The notes beneath the pieces are model-generated. The model searched no databases. It had not been told where the DNA came from and was given only the letters and a program-made list of their open reading frames with translations. The translations under genes and the position numbers were made by a program. A DNA stretch of 64,000 bases from Alphaproteobacteria bacterium (GTDB taxonomy: Bacteria > Pseudomonadota > Alphaproteobacteria > Caedimonadales > UBA1908), in contig JAJTHL010000005.1 in the NCBI GenBank assembly GCA_021298595.1, positions 5,651 through 69,650 on the forward strand, in the 5' to 3' direction. Positions 28,652 to 38,768 of this stretch are shown in pieces. Positions within the stretch are counted from its first letter, which is position 1. Each line of letters opens with the position of its first letter.

Positions 28652-30330
28652 GATTTGGGTTTATCTTCAAAAAAGGGATCGGTTTGCCACTGCATCGGCC
28701 TTGGGTCTCTTGTGAAATTCTCATAGACATTTTTATCCGCATCCCCGATGGTTGTCTCTTGGGTCACGGGTGTGAAGGACTGGGCATTGCCTTCGATAAT
28801 CGTGGCGCGCAAGAAAATCACGAGTTCACTCACCGAACGCTCGTCTTCTTTTCCTTTGAATAAGGTCCCCAGAAGGGAAATGTCCGATACTCCGGGAACC
28901 CCGTTTTGATCATGGGCCGCGTGCTCTTCCATCAAACCTCCCATTAAAACCGTATCTCCTGACATGAGTTGAAAAACAGAATCCATTTCACGTACCTGAA
29001 TTTCAGGAATCAGCGAAACCTGGCGCTGCTTTGACACAATGGACACAGCCGGGTCTTCTTTTTCGCCCACAACTCTTGATATGGTGGGGCGCACCGTCAT
29101 GACGATGCTGCCATTTTGCAGATTGATGGAGGGTTGGACGACCATCACAAGACCGATGGGAACCGTTTGAATCTCACTGGATACATGTTCACGCTCCCTG
29201 GAGCTATTTTCAAAGGAGTAATCCCGATCATAGTTGATGCGAAAAAAAACGCGGTTTGTTGCAACCTTAAGAACAGCCGCTTGGTTATTGATGACCGTTA
29301 AACGGGGATTGGATAAAGTTCGTACCGTCCCAAAGTGCTGCATAAAACTTAACAGACCCGTTAAATGGTTGCCGTGCCCCCCAATGGTAAAGATATTGCG
29401 AGGAGGTGTTGCCTCAGGATTAAAGGGACCAGGTGTTGTCACGCTTCCTAAGGGAGCCTGGAGGGCAAAATCACCTTTTAAAGACTGCCAATTGATGCCA
29501 CTTTTGAATTCGTTTTTTAGATTAACTTCGACGATTTTAGCCTCGATGAGAACCTGGGTCGACGCCGCCTTTTGAAGCATTTCCAAATATTGCGCAATCT
29601 TTTCATGTTGCGCTTGTGTTCCTAAAACCGATAAAAGACCAGCTTGAGCGTGAAGGGAAAATGCGTCAGTTGTTTGCCCCCCTTCTTCTTGTAAGATCAG
29701 GGATAAATTCTTTTTTAGGTCATCCCAAAAATCTGTTTTGCTCGTCCCTGTCAACATGGTATTCGACCCATTATCAAGTTCATTTTGCTTGCCGTCCACC
29801 GATGAAAAGACATCGGTGGCAATGGAAATTCGGTTGATATTTTCTCGCACTAAGGACAGGAATTGAATATTATGCGTTTTAACAAAGGGGGTATCTTTTT
29901 CGATTTGAAGCGAGCCTCCCTGAAGACGATACCTTAGCCCCCCCGCCCGGCAAATTTGCTTTAATGCTTCTTTGAAGGTTTGGTGATGCAGGTGAAGTGT
30001 CACCGATCCTTCTACGTTGGGATGAAGGGTCATACTGATGCCTCCTTGCCTTGCAAGCTCTAAGAGAAGCTCTTTGAGGGAAAGACCTTGGGTGGACGTC
30101 AGGGTTACTTTTTTCTGAAAAGAATCGGGGAATGTTTCATGGGCTTGTACTGATTTGACCCTTAAAGGCGTCGTGGGCGCGGCAGGCGCAGGCGCGACCA
30201 GTTTTTTATCGTAATCCTGGGTTTGCATTTTGAGGGAAGGGTCATGGTGTTCAAGGGTTTCGCACCCTGCTGTGAGGGTGCAAAAAATTACCCCAAAGTA
30301 CGCTATACTTCTCAAAACCTGCCCCGACAC
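28648..30330 (-). CDS. Lipoprotein secretin (type II/IV-pilus secretin family, MshL/PilQ-like)
   Basis: Lipobox LTAGC. An N-domain, then a C-terminal secretin domain (LSNPRLTVINNQAAVLKV, GVPGVSDISLLGTLFKGKED, ELVIFLRATII). Confidence 0.8.
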   Translation of the reverse strand: MSGQVLRSIAYFGVIFCTLTAGCETLEHHDPSLKMQTQDYDKKLVAPAPAAPTTPLRVKSVQAHETFPDSFQKKVTLTSTQGLSLKELLLELARQGGISMTLHPNVEGSVTLHLHHQTFKEALKQICRAGGLRYRLQGGSLQIEKDTPFVKTHNIQFLSLVRENINRISIATDVFSSVDGKQNELDNGSNTMLTGTSKTDFWDDLKKNLSLILQEEGGQTTDAFSLHAQAGLLSVLGTQAQHEKIAQYLEMLQKAASTQVLIEAKIVEVNLKNEFKSGINWQSLKGDFALQAPLGSVTTPGPFNPEATPPRNIFTIGGHGNHLTGLLSFMQHFGTVRTLSNPRLTVINNQAAVLKVATNRVFFRINYDRDYSFENSSREREHVSSEIQTVPIGLVMVVQPSINLQNGSIVMTVRPTISRVVGEKEDPAVSIVSKQRQVSLIPEIQVREMDSVFQLMSGDTVLMGGLMEEHAAHDQNGVPGVSDISLLGTLFKGKEDERSVSELVIFLRATIIEGNAQSFTPVTQETTIGDADKNVYENFTRDPRPMQWQTDPFFEDKPKS

Positions 30331-30448
30331 TTTTATCTTCTTAGAGCAAAAGGTTAGCAGAATATGCCCCTGTCGACTACCCCTGAGTCATGACCTTATT
30401 TTTGCCTTTACTTTTTTAAAGCCTCGTTTTTATCATGATGATTACCCT

Positions 30449-31546
30449 TCATTTATTGTGATTTGATAAGATAAGTGTTCCGATGACAAAGGCCCCGAAC
30501 CCTATGACGTAGGGCATGACTAAACCCCTAGGCGGCGCGAGCACATGGTTTTGCTGTCCTGGCACCTGTTGCGGTGGCTGCCCATCGGGGTAGTGCTCAA
30601 GCATGTAGTCTTCTTCTTTATGCTGGGACGCGACATCTGCCTCAGGGATAGGTGACGGCGTGCCTTGGGGTGCGACTTGCTCAACCTTGCGTAAGACAAT
30701 CATCCACTTGAACGCCAAGGAGAGTGATCGTACCACGTCCGGTCCCATCACGCGCAGCGCCTCATGGTGCAAGACGCCCATGCCTTCGTGATCAAAGTCA
30801 CGTTCTTCACCACCTTGGCTCAATCTTAAGAAATTGTCTCCAAAAAACAGGCCATTGGTAAATGGATAGAACAAAAGTGTTGTGAGATTTTCTTCATTCA
30901 TAAAAGGAAGAAGCATCTCGTACCGTTCAAAGATGATTTTTTTGCCATAGTGTTGATTAAGACGCTCGTGGACGGCAAAGCTTGCGCCGCTCATGAGCCC
31001 TCCCATTTCATGAAGAGTTTCTTCAGGAAAATCGTAAGATTCAAAGGCAGCTAGCTTTCTTGACCCAGAAACGTGCTTGAAAAATGCTAGGTAGTGATGG
31101 TATTGGCAGGGTGTTTGAAACACTAAGGCTTTCACAAAAGGCACTTTATTTCTAATTGTTTTATAAGGAAGAGATGTTCCCTCCCCGGCAATCATTGACT
31201 CAGTAGCTTGTTGCATAATTTGGGAGAATGTTTCTTTTGTGCAGTAAAAGGCAACATGCCCTTGCTCGTTTTCCCTTTTTTTATCCGAAGGAACCACTAC
31301 AAAATCACAGGCAACATTAAGCGAACTGGCGGTCAAATCCTCGTCCAATCTTTGATCTGGATCACACATGAATGATTTTAAATCAGGATCCTGCCCAGTG
31401 TTAACCACGAGCGTTCCTTGGGTTTTTTGGTCTTTTTCCACGTCTCCACCCCAAAATCGCTGCCACAGGCTTGCCTGTGCGGGGCAAAAAGCCATCTGTC
31501 CCATCACAACACACACCCACAGCGTTTTTTTGACTTTTTGTGACAT
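30449..31546 (-). CDS. Hypothetical protein with an N-terminal signal peptide and a C-terminal TM anchor
   Basis: Signal peptide ending in AQA. A Pro/Gln-rich linker precedes the terminal helix VIGFGAFVIGTLIL. No recognisable domain. Confidence 0.6.
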   Translation of the reverse strand: MSQKVKKTLWVCVVMGQMAFCPAQASLWQRFWGGDVEKDQKTQGTLVVNTGQDPDLKSFMCDPDQRLDEDLTASSLNVACDFVVVPSDKKRENEQGHVAFYCTKETFSQIMQQATESMIAGEGTSLPYKTIRNKVPFVKALVFQTPCQYHHYLAFFKHVSGSRKLAAFESYDFPEETLHEMGGLMSGASFAVHERLNQHYGKKIIFERYEMLLPFMNEENLTTLLFYPFTNGLFFGDNFLRLSQGGEERDFDHEGMGVLHHEALRVMGPDVVRSLSLAFKWMIVLRKVEQVAPQGTPSPIPEADVASQHKEEDYMLEHYPDGQPPQQVPGQQNHVLAPPRGLVMPYVIGFGAFVIGTLILSNHNK

Positions 31547-31757
31547 GACTTCTCTCTCTTTTAAGATTATTTTTCAATAGTTACGAGAGGAGTTTAATTT
31601 TCTATTGATAAAGTGAGCTTGAGGGAAAAAAAGTAAAAAAATCCTCTATCAAGCATTCAAATGGGACTTTTTCTTGCAATTTTTGCATTCATAAATAAAG
31701 TCTTTAACCAAATTCTCTTGTCTTAAGTGACGCTTTTTTCTATAAATGAGCCATGGG

Positions 31758-31830
31758 CGGGTGTAGTTCAATGGTAGAACATGAGCTTCCCAAGCTTAAA
31801 GTGGGGGTTCGATTCCCCTCACCCGCTCCA
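31758..31830 (+). tRNA. tRNA-Gly (anticodon CCC)
   Basis: Hand-folded cloverleaf. The acceptor stem GCGGGTG pairs with CACCCGC, the anticodon loop is TTCCCAA, the T-loop is TTCGATT, the discriminator is U, and CCA is encoded. The variable region appears to be only 3 nt. Confidence 0.85.
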
Positions 31831-31865
31831 AGGCCCAATGTCTACCGACTACGGCTGGTCAAATC

Positions 31866-33737
31866 CTAGGCCCGCTCTGCCTTTTCCCTGCAACAAACGG
31901 TGTTTTCTTGTTCATAAAACGCATAACCCGATTTGCCTGCTTTTTTAGCGGCGTACATGGCAAGATCAGCCGCATGGATCACGTCTTTGGGCGTTGTGCC
32001 GTCCTGGGGATAAGACGAAATACCCATACTAAGCCCAAAGCGAGCAAGGCGGCCCTTTATCACCAACTCATTTCCTACGCGATCAGCACATCTCGTGGCC
32101 ACACTCGCCAATTCTTCACGGGTTGAGACTCCTTGTAAGATAATGCAAAATTCATCCCCGCCAAGCCTTGCCACGATATCCTCGTCTCGAAAGCAGCTCG
32201 TCAGTTTCTTGGCCACATGAATCAAAAGCTCATCTCCCGCCTCGTGGCCCAGGGTATCATTTACGGTTTTAAAATTATCAAGATCAATAAAAAACAAAGA
32301 AAAGGGCATACCTGTTAGCCGCGATTCTTCGTGGATTTCCTCTAAAAGACGATCAAAAAAAGCACGGTTCACAAGGCCCGTCAGGGCGTCGTGATTTGCT
32401 TTATAAAGGCTTGCATTTTCCCTCTTCTTTTGTTGAGTCACATCCTTGTGAATGGTGACAACCCCCCCAGACACAACGGGTGTGTGGGCAATCTCGACCC
32501 ACCTGTTGTCAGAGAGACGCTCGTCAAGGGGTTGACCGTCTGCTTGGCGAAAATGCTGCATTCTTCTCTCAAGCCATTGATCAAAGGTTCTTTCCTCTGG
32601 GTGGCTTGCTATCTCTTTTCCTCTTTTTTCAATAAGGTATCTTCCGTTCTTGAAATTTTCTCGCAAAAGCGTTTCATATCGAAGGCGGGTTGTGTCAACT
32701 GATTTTATAAACGGGTAGAGAAAAGAAAATCCTTGATTCATCATGACGAGGTATCCATCCGCATCAAAAATGGCAAACCCCACATCGACGCTATGAAGGG
32801 CGGCTTCTAATCTTTTTTGACTTTTCTCAAGCTCTTTTGCGTGCTCTTTTTGCGAGTCAGCCAGTCGCTTCTTCAAAAGACAAGCATGCACGCGCGCCTG
32901 AAGGAGCGTTGGGTTCACAGGCGCCGTCAAATAATCCTCAGCGCCTGCCCGAATACATTGAATCACGCTGTTCTCGTCTTGAAGATTTGAAATCACAAGC
33001 ACGGGAATGTCCCGTGTGGAAGGATTCATCTTAAGCTGCACTAAAACCTCATGTCCGCTCATTTTCGGCATCAAAATATCAAGTAGAATGAGATCAACTT
33101 TTTCAGTTTTTAAGATTGATAGCCCTTCGGGGCCGCTAGCCGCCTCAAGGTAAGTATGCCCGTTATCAATCAAACGACGCGCCAATAGGGCGCGCTTTGA
33201 AGGATCATCATCCACAATTAAAATGCGCCCATGGGTCACAAAAGACCCCACAAAACAAGAGGGATATTCTTCATCAAGACAGAGAGGTTCGCTGACCTCT
33301 TGACTCACTAACCGCACCTCGTCCACATACTCAAGAATAAGACTTGCCTGGGAAATGAGTTTTTCAAGAGGCTCTATGACGGATTCGCGCGTCACATCTT
33401 CGCGAATCAGCTCTGCGTATCCCTTCACGCACCCCACGGCCGCACGCAAATCGTGCCGGGCTTCGGCCCAAAACGCCGTTTGTGGATCATCCTGCCAACA
33501 AAAGGGCCGCAGCTGCCTTGTGTCATCAAAGAGCTTTTTAAGAGAAAGCTCTATGGCGACAAGATCTTTTTCACTCGACTCATCCTGCAACTCTGAAAAT
33601 TCGTGCCGAACGGCACGAAATTGCTGTCGTACCATGGGTTCAACATGAAGAATTTTATCCAAGGAGATTAATGCCCCCGCCAAAAATGCATGGGGGGCCG
33701 TTTCATATAAAAGCTCTTTGTTTTCAATTTCGGGCAC
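31866..33737 (-). CDS. Multidomain diguanylate cyclase: HisKA-like H-box helix, REC, PAS, GGDEF (no HATPase domain)
   Basis: H-box ARHDLRAAVGCVKGYAELI. REC domain (RILIVDDD..DLILLDILMPKMSG). PAS domain. Active GGDEF with an I-site (RDEDIVARLGGDEF). Confidence 0.85.
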   Translation of the reverse strand: MPEIENKELLYETAPHAFLAGALISLDKILHVEPMVRQQFRAVRHEFSELQDESSEKDLVAIELSLKKLFDDTRQLRPFCWQDDPQTAFWAEARHDLRAAVGCVKGYAELIREDVTRESVIEPLEKLISQASLILEYVDEVRLVSQEVSEPLCLDEEYPSCFVGSFVTHGRILIVDDDPSKRALLARRLIDNGHTYLEAASGPEGLSILKTEKVDLILLDILMPKMSGHEVLVQLKMNPSTRDIPVLVISNLQDENSVIQCIRAGAEDYLTAPVNPTLLQARVHACLLKKRLADSQKEHAKELEKSQKRLEAALHSVDVGFAIFDADGYLVMMNQGFSFLYPFIKSVDTTRLRYETLLRENFKNGRYLIEKRGKEIASHPEERTFDQWLERRMQHFRQADGQPLDERLSDNRWVEIAHTPVVSGGVVTIHKDVTQQKKRENASLYKANHDALTGLVNRAFFDRLLEEIHEESRLTGMPFSLFFIDLDNFKTVNDTLGHEAGDELLIHVAKKLTSCFRDEDIVARLGGDEFCIILQGVSTREELASVATRCADRVGNELVIKGRLARFGLSMGISSYPQDGTTPKDVIHAADLAMYAAKKAGKSGYAFYEQENTVCCREKAERA

Positions 33738-33780
33738 AATACGTCATCCCATACTTACTTTATCGCAAATCACACAATCT

Positions 33781-34146
33781 TTATCCCGCTATAAGCGCGG
33801 ATATTTTCCCGAGCAGTCTATCCATCTCTATGGGTTTCGTATCGAAATCGTCGCACCCTGCCTCCATGGCCTTGTCTTTATCCTCTGCCATGGCGTGCGC
33901 AGTCAAAGCAATAATGGGAATCGCCTGGGTTTCCTGTTTTGCCTTAAGCGTACGCGTGGCTTGCCAGCCGTCTACTTTAGGAAGACTCATATCCATCAAA
34001 ATTAAATCAGGAAGTTCTGATTTTGCTTTTTCTATGCCTTCTTCACCGTCAACCGCAATGATGAGATCAAAGCCCTTTTTCGACAGGCGCCTTGACAGCA
34101 TATCTCTATTCATTTCATTATCTTCAACAAGAAGAATTCTTGCCAT
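33781..34146 (-). CDS. Single-domain (CheY/DivK-like) response regulator
   Basis: ARILLVEDNEMN, DLILMDMSLPKVDG, ALTAHAMAEDKDKAMEAGCDDFDTKP. 121 aa. Ends 43 nt upstream of the cyclase gene. Confidence 0.9.
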   Translation of the reverse strand: MARILLVEDNEMNRDMLSRRLSKKGFDLIIAVDGEEGIEKAKSELPDLILMDMSLPKVDGWQATRTLKAKQETQAIPIIALTAHAMAEDKDKAMEAGCDDFDTKPIEMDRLLGKISALIAG

Positions 34147-34224
34147 AAAGCCTTGCCTTCCTATTTTTCTTACTTTATTACTTTCAATATAATATAGTTC
34201 TCACGGCCAAAAAAGGAAATAAAA

Positions 34225-34761
34225 GTGGATGATTTTAAAGTTTTACGTATGGGGCACCCCCTTTTGCGTGAAAAAACGCCTCTTATTAAGGATATAAGCA
34301 CCGTTAAAAATTTAGCGCTTGACATGAAACATCTTATTACCCTTGAGCCATGGTCGGGGGTTGCAGCGCCGCAACTAGGTCACGCCCTTCGCATGGTCGC
34401 CTTTCAACTGACAGAAGCCGTTGGCGAGCGCAAAAACGAAGCCCCCCAGCCCCCGCGTATCTTGATCAATCCGGTCTTAACCCCTTTGACCGACGAAACA
34501 AAAGAAGATTGGGAAGCCTGCCTGTCACTCCCCGATCTCATGGGGCTTGTCAGGCGCCCCACCAAAATCAGGGTGCAAGGATGTGATGAAACCGGCGCCG
34601 AGATTAACGAAGTTGCTGAGGGTCATTATGCACGTATCATCCAGCATGAATGTGATCACTTGGACGGCATTTTGTATGTGGACCGCATGACGGACATGAC
34701 CAAGCTTATTTACCGCTCGCAATATCCATTGTGGGTGGCGGCTTTTCAAAAGGCTTCTTAA
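34225..34761 (+). CDS. def: Peptide deformylase
   Basis: Motifs GVAAPQLG, EACLSLPD and HECDHLDG. Confidence 0.9.
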   Translation: MDDFKVLRMGHPLLREKTPLIKDISTVKNLALDMKHLITLEPWSGVAAPQLGHALRMVAFQLTEAVGERKNEAPQPPRILINPVLTPLTDETKEDWEACLSLPDLMGLVRRPTKIRVQGCDETGAEINEVAEGHYARIIQHECDHLDGILYVDRMTDMTKLIYRSQYPLWVAAFQKAS

Positions 34762-34786
34762 GAAAAAAAGGGGTGAGCCCCCTGTC

Positions 34787-37456
34787 TTAACTCAAAGAGC
34801 CTTCAATGGTTTTTTTAAGGGCCTCAAAAACGGCCCTTGGCTCGTCTGTGCCAGGACCACCAGCCTGGGCCATATCAGGGCGTCCGCCGCCCCCTTTACC
34901 ACCCAAGGCGTTGGCACCAGCCCGCACAAGTTCAACGGCGCTTATTTTTTGAGACAGAGCCGCCTCAACCCCCACCACAAGGGACGATTTACCGTCCATC
35001 ACCGCCAAAAGCGCAATGACGCCCAAGGGTTCTTTGGCGCGCAGCTGATCCACGATACTTTTCAAATCTTTGGGCGGGACGTCTGGCAAAAAGCGCGTAA
35101 TAAAGGGCACACCGGCAACCATCTCCGGCCCGCTGCTGGCAGCATCGCCCGCCCCTCCACCACTGGCAAGCTTGCGTTGCAGGTCTTTAATTTCTTTTTC
35201 TAAACGTTTGCGGTCTTCTAAAAGGGCATCAAGACGAGGGACGACCTGATCAGGGGCGACCTTCAGGCGCGCACCCAGCGTCTCTAAAAGAGTCATTTTA
35301 TCCCGGACATAAAAAAGCGCGCCCTCTCCCGTTACGGCCTCCAGGCGACGCACACCCGCAGCCACACTGGTTTGGGCAACAATCTTGAAAAAGCCAATAT
35401 CGCCCGTTCTTTCCACATGAGTGCCTCCGCAAAACTCCACAGAATAAGGCGCCGTACGGTCTTCGTCTCCCATGGACACGACGCGAACCTCGTCCCCGTA
35501 TTTTTCTCCAAAAAGTGCGACTGCCCCCGTTTCAAGGGCGTCTTTGGTCGACAAAAGCTTTGTCCCCACCGCCGTATTGCGGCGAATAATGGCATTGACC
35601 TCGTCTTCAACTTTTTGAAGGTCGTCTGCGGTGAGAGGCTCGTTATAACTAAAGTCAAAACGCAAGCGGTCCGGCAGCACAAGGGATCCCTTTTGGGTTA
35701 CTTGTTCGCCCAAGTGACCGCGAAGCGCCTTGTGTAACAGGTGCGTGGCCGAGTGATTGGCCTTAATGCGCGCGCGCCTGGCGCCGTCCACCTCAAGGGT
35801 CAGGGCGTCTCCTTTACGAAGGGTTCCCGACACAACGCGCCCGTGGTGCACGAAAAGCCCGTCACCGGCCTTGGTGACATTATGAATTTCAAGAACGGCG
35901 TTTTGGGTGTGCGCCTGGCCTGTATCGCCCGTTTGTCCGCCTGACTCAGCGTAAAAAGGTGTTTGATTAACAACAAAGAAGATTTCCTCGCCGGTCACGG
36001 CCTCAAGCGCAAACGCCCCGTCCCTCACCAGAGCCTGCAGGGTTCCCTGGGCGGCAAGGGTCGTATAACCCAAAAAGTCCGTGGGGCCATTCTCTGCCAG
36101 CACCTCAAACCAAAGCCGTTCATCGGCCTTGGCGCCTGATCCAACCCAGTGGGCGCGCGCCTCTTCTTTTTGGCGTTCCATGTGGGCGTCAAACCCATCT
36201 GTGTCAACGGTTTTCCCTTCACCGCGCAAGATGTCTTGGGTCAAATCCAAAGGAAAGCCGTAGGTGTCATAAAGCTTAAAGGCAACATCACCCGGCAAAA
36301 CGCCCCCCTTGGACAGGCCTTCAGTTTCTTGGGATAAAAGCTTTAGGCCGCGCCCCAAGGTTTGACGGAAACGGTCTTCTTCTTGAGCCATGGTCTCTTC
36401 GATCAAGGCGTTTGCCCGCACAAGTTCAGGGTACGCCTCTCCCATTTCTGTGAGCAGGGTAGGAACAAGCTTTGCCAAGAAGGGCTCTTGATGGCGCAGT
36501 AGGTATGCATGGCGCCCGGCACGCCGCAGGATCCGGCGCAGCACATAGCCGCGTCCCTCGTTAGAAGGCAAAATACCGTCTGCAATCATAAAGCTGCACG
36601 CCCGCAAGTGATCAGCAATGACACGGTGGGACACAAGGGCGTCACCCGACGCCTTCACACCGCTAAAGGATTCAGACGCCGCAATCAGCGACTTAAACAA
36701 ATCCGTTTCATAGTTGTTATGAACGCCTTGTAAAACAGCCGACAACCGCTCGAGACCGCTTCCCGTATCAATGGAGGGCTTTGGAAGATTTTTGCGGTGC
36801 GCCGCGCCGTTTTCATCCAAGTACTGCTCGTACTGCATAAAGACAAGGTTCCACACTTCGACGAACCGGTCGCCGTCTTGGTCAGGCGATCCCGGAGGCC
36901 CACCAGCAATACTAGGTCCGTGATCATAGAAAATTTCCGAGCAAGGTCCACACGGCCCCGTGTCTCCCATGGCCCAAAAGTTATCACTGCCTGAAATGCG
37001 CAGGATTTTATCGGACGAAAGCCCAGCGATTTTCTGCCAAAGGGTTGCGGCCTCGTCATCGTCCACATAAACCGTCACAAGAAGGCGGTCTTTAGGCAGA
37101 GCAAGCTCTTTATGGACAAGATTCCAAGCAAAGGTGATGGCCTCTTCCTTGAAGTAGTCGCCAAAGGAAAAATTTCCCATCATCTCGAAAAAGGTATGGT
37201 GGCGCGTGGTGTACCCAACATTTTCCAGGTCGTTGTGCTTGCCGCCCGCGCGCAGACATTTTTGCGCGGACGTGGCCCGCGGATGGGCCGGCACCTGGGC
37301 GCCCGTAAAATAGTTTTTAAAAGGCACCATCCCCGCAGACGTGAAAAGAAGGCTTGGATCATTGTGGGGCACAAGGGGCGCGGAGGGCACAATTTCGTGA
37401 CCGAGGTTTTGGAAATACTCTAAAAAATGGCGACGTATCTTCGACACAGTCCACAT
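34787..37456 (-). CDS. alaS: Alanine--tRNA ligase
   Basis: Class II AlaRS N-terminus (FLEYFQNLGHEIVPSAPLVPHNDPSLLFTSAGMVPFK), the editing-domain HxxxH/CGGTH motif, and a C-terminal DHHA1 domain. 889 aa. Confidence 0.95.
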   Translation of the reverse strand: MWTVSKIRRHFLEYFQNLGHEIVPSAPLVPHNDPSLLFTSAGMVPFKNYFTGAQVPAHPRATSAQKCLRAGGKHNDLENVGYTTRHHTFFEMMGNFSFGDYFKEEAITFAWNLVHKELALPKDRLLVTVYVDDDEAATLWQKIAGLSSDKILRISGSDNFWAMGDTGPCGPCSEIFYDHGPSIAGGPPGSPDQDGDRFVEVWNLVFMQYEQYLDENGAAHRKNLPKPSIDTGSGLERLSAVLQGVHNNYETDLFKSLIAASESFSGVKASGDALVSHRVIADHLRACSFMIADGILPSNEGRGYVLRRILRRAGRHAYLLRHQEPFLAKLVPTLLTEMGEAYPELVRANALIEETMAQEEDRFRQTLGRGLKLLSQETEGLSKGGVLPGDVAFKLYDTYGFPLDLTQDILRGEGKTVDTDGFDAHMERQKEEARAHWVGSGAKADERLWFEVLAENGPTDFLGYTTLAAQGTLQALVRDGAFALEAVTGEEIFFVVNQTPFYAESGGQTGDTGQAHTQNAVLEIHNVTKAGDGLFVHHGRVVSGTLRKGDALTLEVDGARRARIKANHSATHLLHKALRGHLGEQVTQKGSLVLPDRLRFDFSYNEPLTADDLQKVEDEVNAIIRRNTAVGTKLLSTKDALETGAVALFGEKYGDEVRVVSMGDEDRTAPYSVEFCGGTHVERTGDIGFFKIVAQTSVAAGVRRLEAVTGEGALFYVRDKMTLLETLGARLKVAPDQVVPRLDALLEDRKRLEKEIKDLQRKLASGGGAGDAASSGPEMVAGVPFITRFLPDVPPKDLKSIVDQLRAKEPLGVIALLAVMDGKSSLVVGVEAALSQKISAVELVRAGANALGGKGGGGRPDMAQAGGPGTDEPRAVFEALKKTIEGSLS

Positions 37457-37496
37457 GGTCTTTTACCTTCTTAATACAATGGATAGAGGTGCTGCC

Positions 37497-38537
37497 TTAC
37501 GCAGCATCTCCTTCAAGATCTTCGTTTTCTTCTGGCCCACGCGTCAGCTCCTGAGCAATAAGGCCGCTATTAGCACGAATGGCCTTTTCAATGGCCTCCG
37601 CCACCCCAGGGTTTTCACGCAAGTATTGCTTGACGGCTTCACGTCCTTGGCCAATCCGCTCGCCATTATAGGCATACCAAGAGCCAGACTTCTCTACAAT
37701 TTCGGCTTTCACACCCAAATCAATGAGCTCACCAACCTTGGAAATACCTTCACCGTACATGATATCAAATTCCACGGTCCTGAAGGGAGGGGCCACTTTG
37801 TTCTTGACAATCTTCACGCGGGTTTCGTTCCCCACCACCTCGTCCTTGTTTTTGATGGCCCCAATGCGGCGAATATCAAGGCGCACAGATGCATAGAACT
37901 TCAAGGCGTTTCCGCCTGTGGTGGTTTCAGGAGATCCAAACATCACACCAATCTTGTGGCGGATTTGGTTAATAAAAATCACCGTGCAGTTGGTTCGGGA
38001 AATAGAACCGGTAAGCTTGCGAAGGGCTTGGCTCATAAGTCTTGCCTGAAGGCCCATGTGGGAATCACCCATTTCACCTTCAAGCTCGGCCTTAGGCACA
38101 AGGGCTGCCACACTGTCTACTACCAACACATCGATCCCGCCCGATCGCACAAGGGTATCTGCGATTTCAAGGGCTTGCTCACCCGCATCAGGTTGAGCCA
38201 CAATCAGTTCATTGACATTCACACCAAGTTTTTGAGCGTACACGGGGTCCAGGGCATGCTCGGCGTCGATAAACGCGCAGGTCCCACCCTTTTTTTGTGC
38301 TTCAGCAATCACGTGGAGAGTCAGCGTTGTCTTACCCGAGCTTTCAGGGCCATAAACCTCGATAATACGCCCCTTGGGAACGCCACCCACACCGAGGGCA
38401 ATATCAAGACCCAAAGATCCCGTGGAAATCGCTTCAATAGCGACAGTCTCTTGTTGGCCAAGCTTCATCACCGAGCCTTTTCCATAGGCGCGCTCGATTT
38501 GTCCGATGGCGGCTTCTAGTGCCTTTTGACGATCCAT
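37497..38537 (-). CDS. recA: Recombinase RecA
   Basis: [23 protein letters not shown], Walker [10 protein letters not shown], and the L1/L2 loops. Confidence 0.97.
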   Translation of the reverse strand: MDRQKALEAAIGQIERAYGKGSVMKLGQQETVAIEAISTGSLGLDIALGVGGVPKGRIIEVYGPESSGKTTLTLHVIAEAQKKGGTCAFIDAEHALDPVYAQKLGVNVNELIVAQPDAGEQALEIADTLVRSGGIDVLVVDSVAALVPKAELEGEMGDSHMGLQARLMSQALRKLTGSISRTNCTVIFINQIRHKIGVMFGSPETTTGGNALKFYASVRLDIRRIGAIKNKDEVVGNETRVKIVKNKVAPPFRTVEFDIMYGEGISKVGELIDLGVKAEIVEKSGSWYAYNGERIGQGREAVKQYLRENPGVAEAIEKAIRANSGLIAQELTRGPEENEDLEGDAA

Positions 38538-38689
38538 AACTTATCCCTTTTCTAACGCATAGCTTCTTATGGTTATTCCACACCCCACAAGCCAAGGCAA
38601 GGCATCACATAAAGAAACCCGGTTAATTTTTCAAGCATAAGGATTTCTTGAGGATATTCATTTTTTATTTCGACGCATAAGGGTCATTC

Positions 38690-38704
38690 TTAATCATTTT
38701 TTAA
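38690..38704. promoter_or_regulatory. Perfect TTAA-N7-TTAA (CtrA-type box) in the recA / 38769-ORF divergent spacer
   Basis: TTAAtcattttTTAA, 65 nt upstream of the ATG at 38769. Confidence 0.2.
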
Positions 38705-38768
38705 GAAAGACTTAACCTAAAACCCTTAAGGTGAGACTTGTTCAAAAATATATCACTGAAGGAATATC

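Noticed and set aside
31758-31830. tRNA-Gly appears to have only a 3-nt variable region (73 nt including CCA).
   Set aside because: This rests on hand folding only, and all stems and the anticodon loop are otherwise normal. It should be checked with tRNAscan-SE before being called unusual.
37455-38519. 354-aa ORF on the plus strand that mirrors almost the entire recA gene.
   Set aside because: It is in exact codon register with recA on the opposite strand. It stays open simply because recA contains no TTA, CTA or TCA codons, which are the reverse complements of the stop codons. Its product is low-complexity with no motifs. RecA identity on the minus strand is unambiguous.
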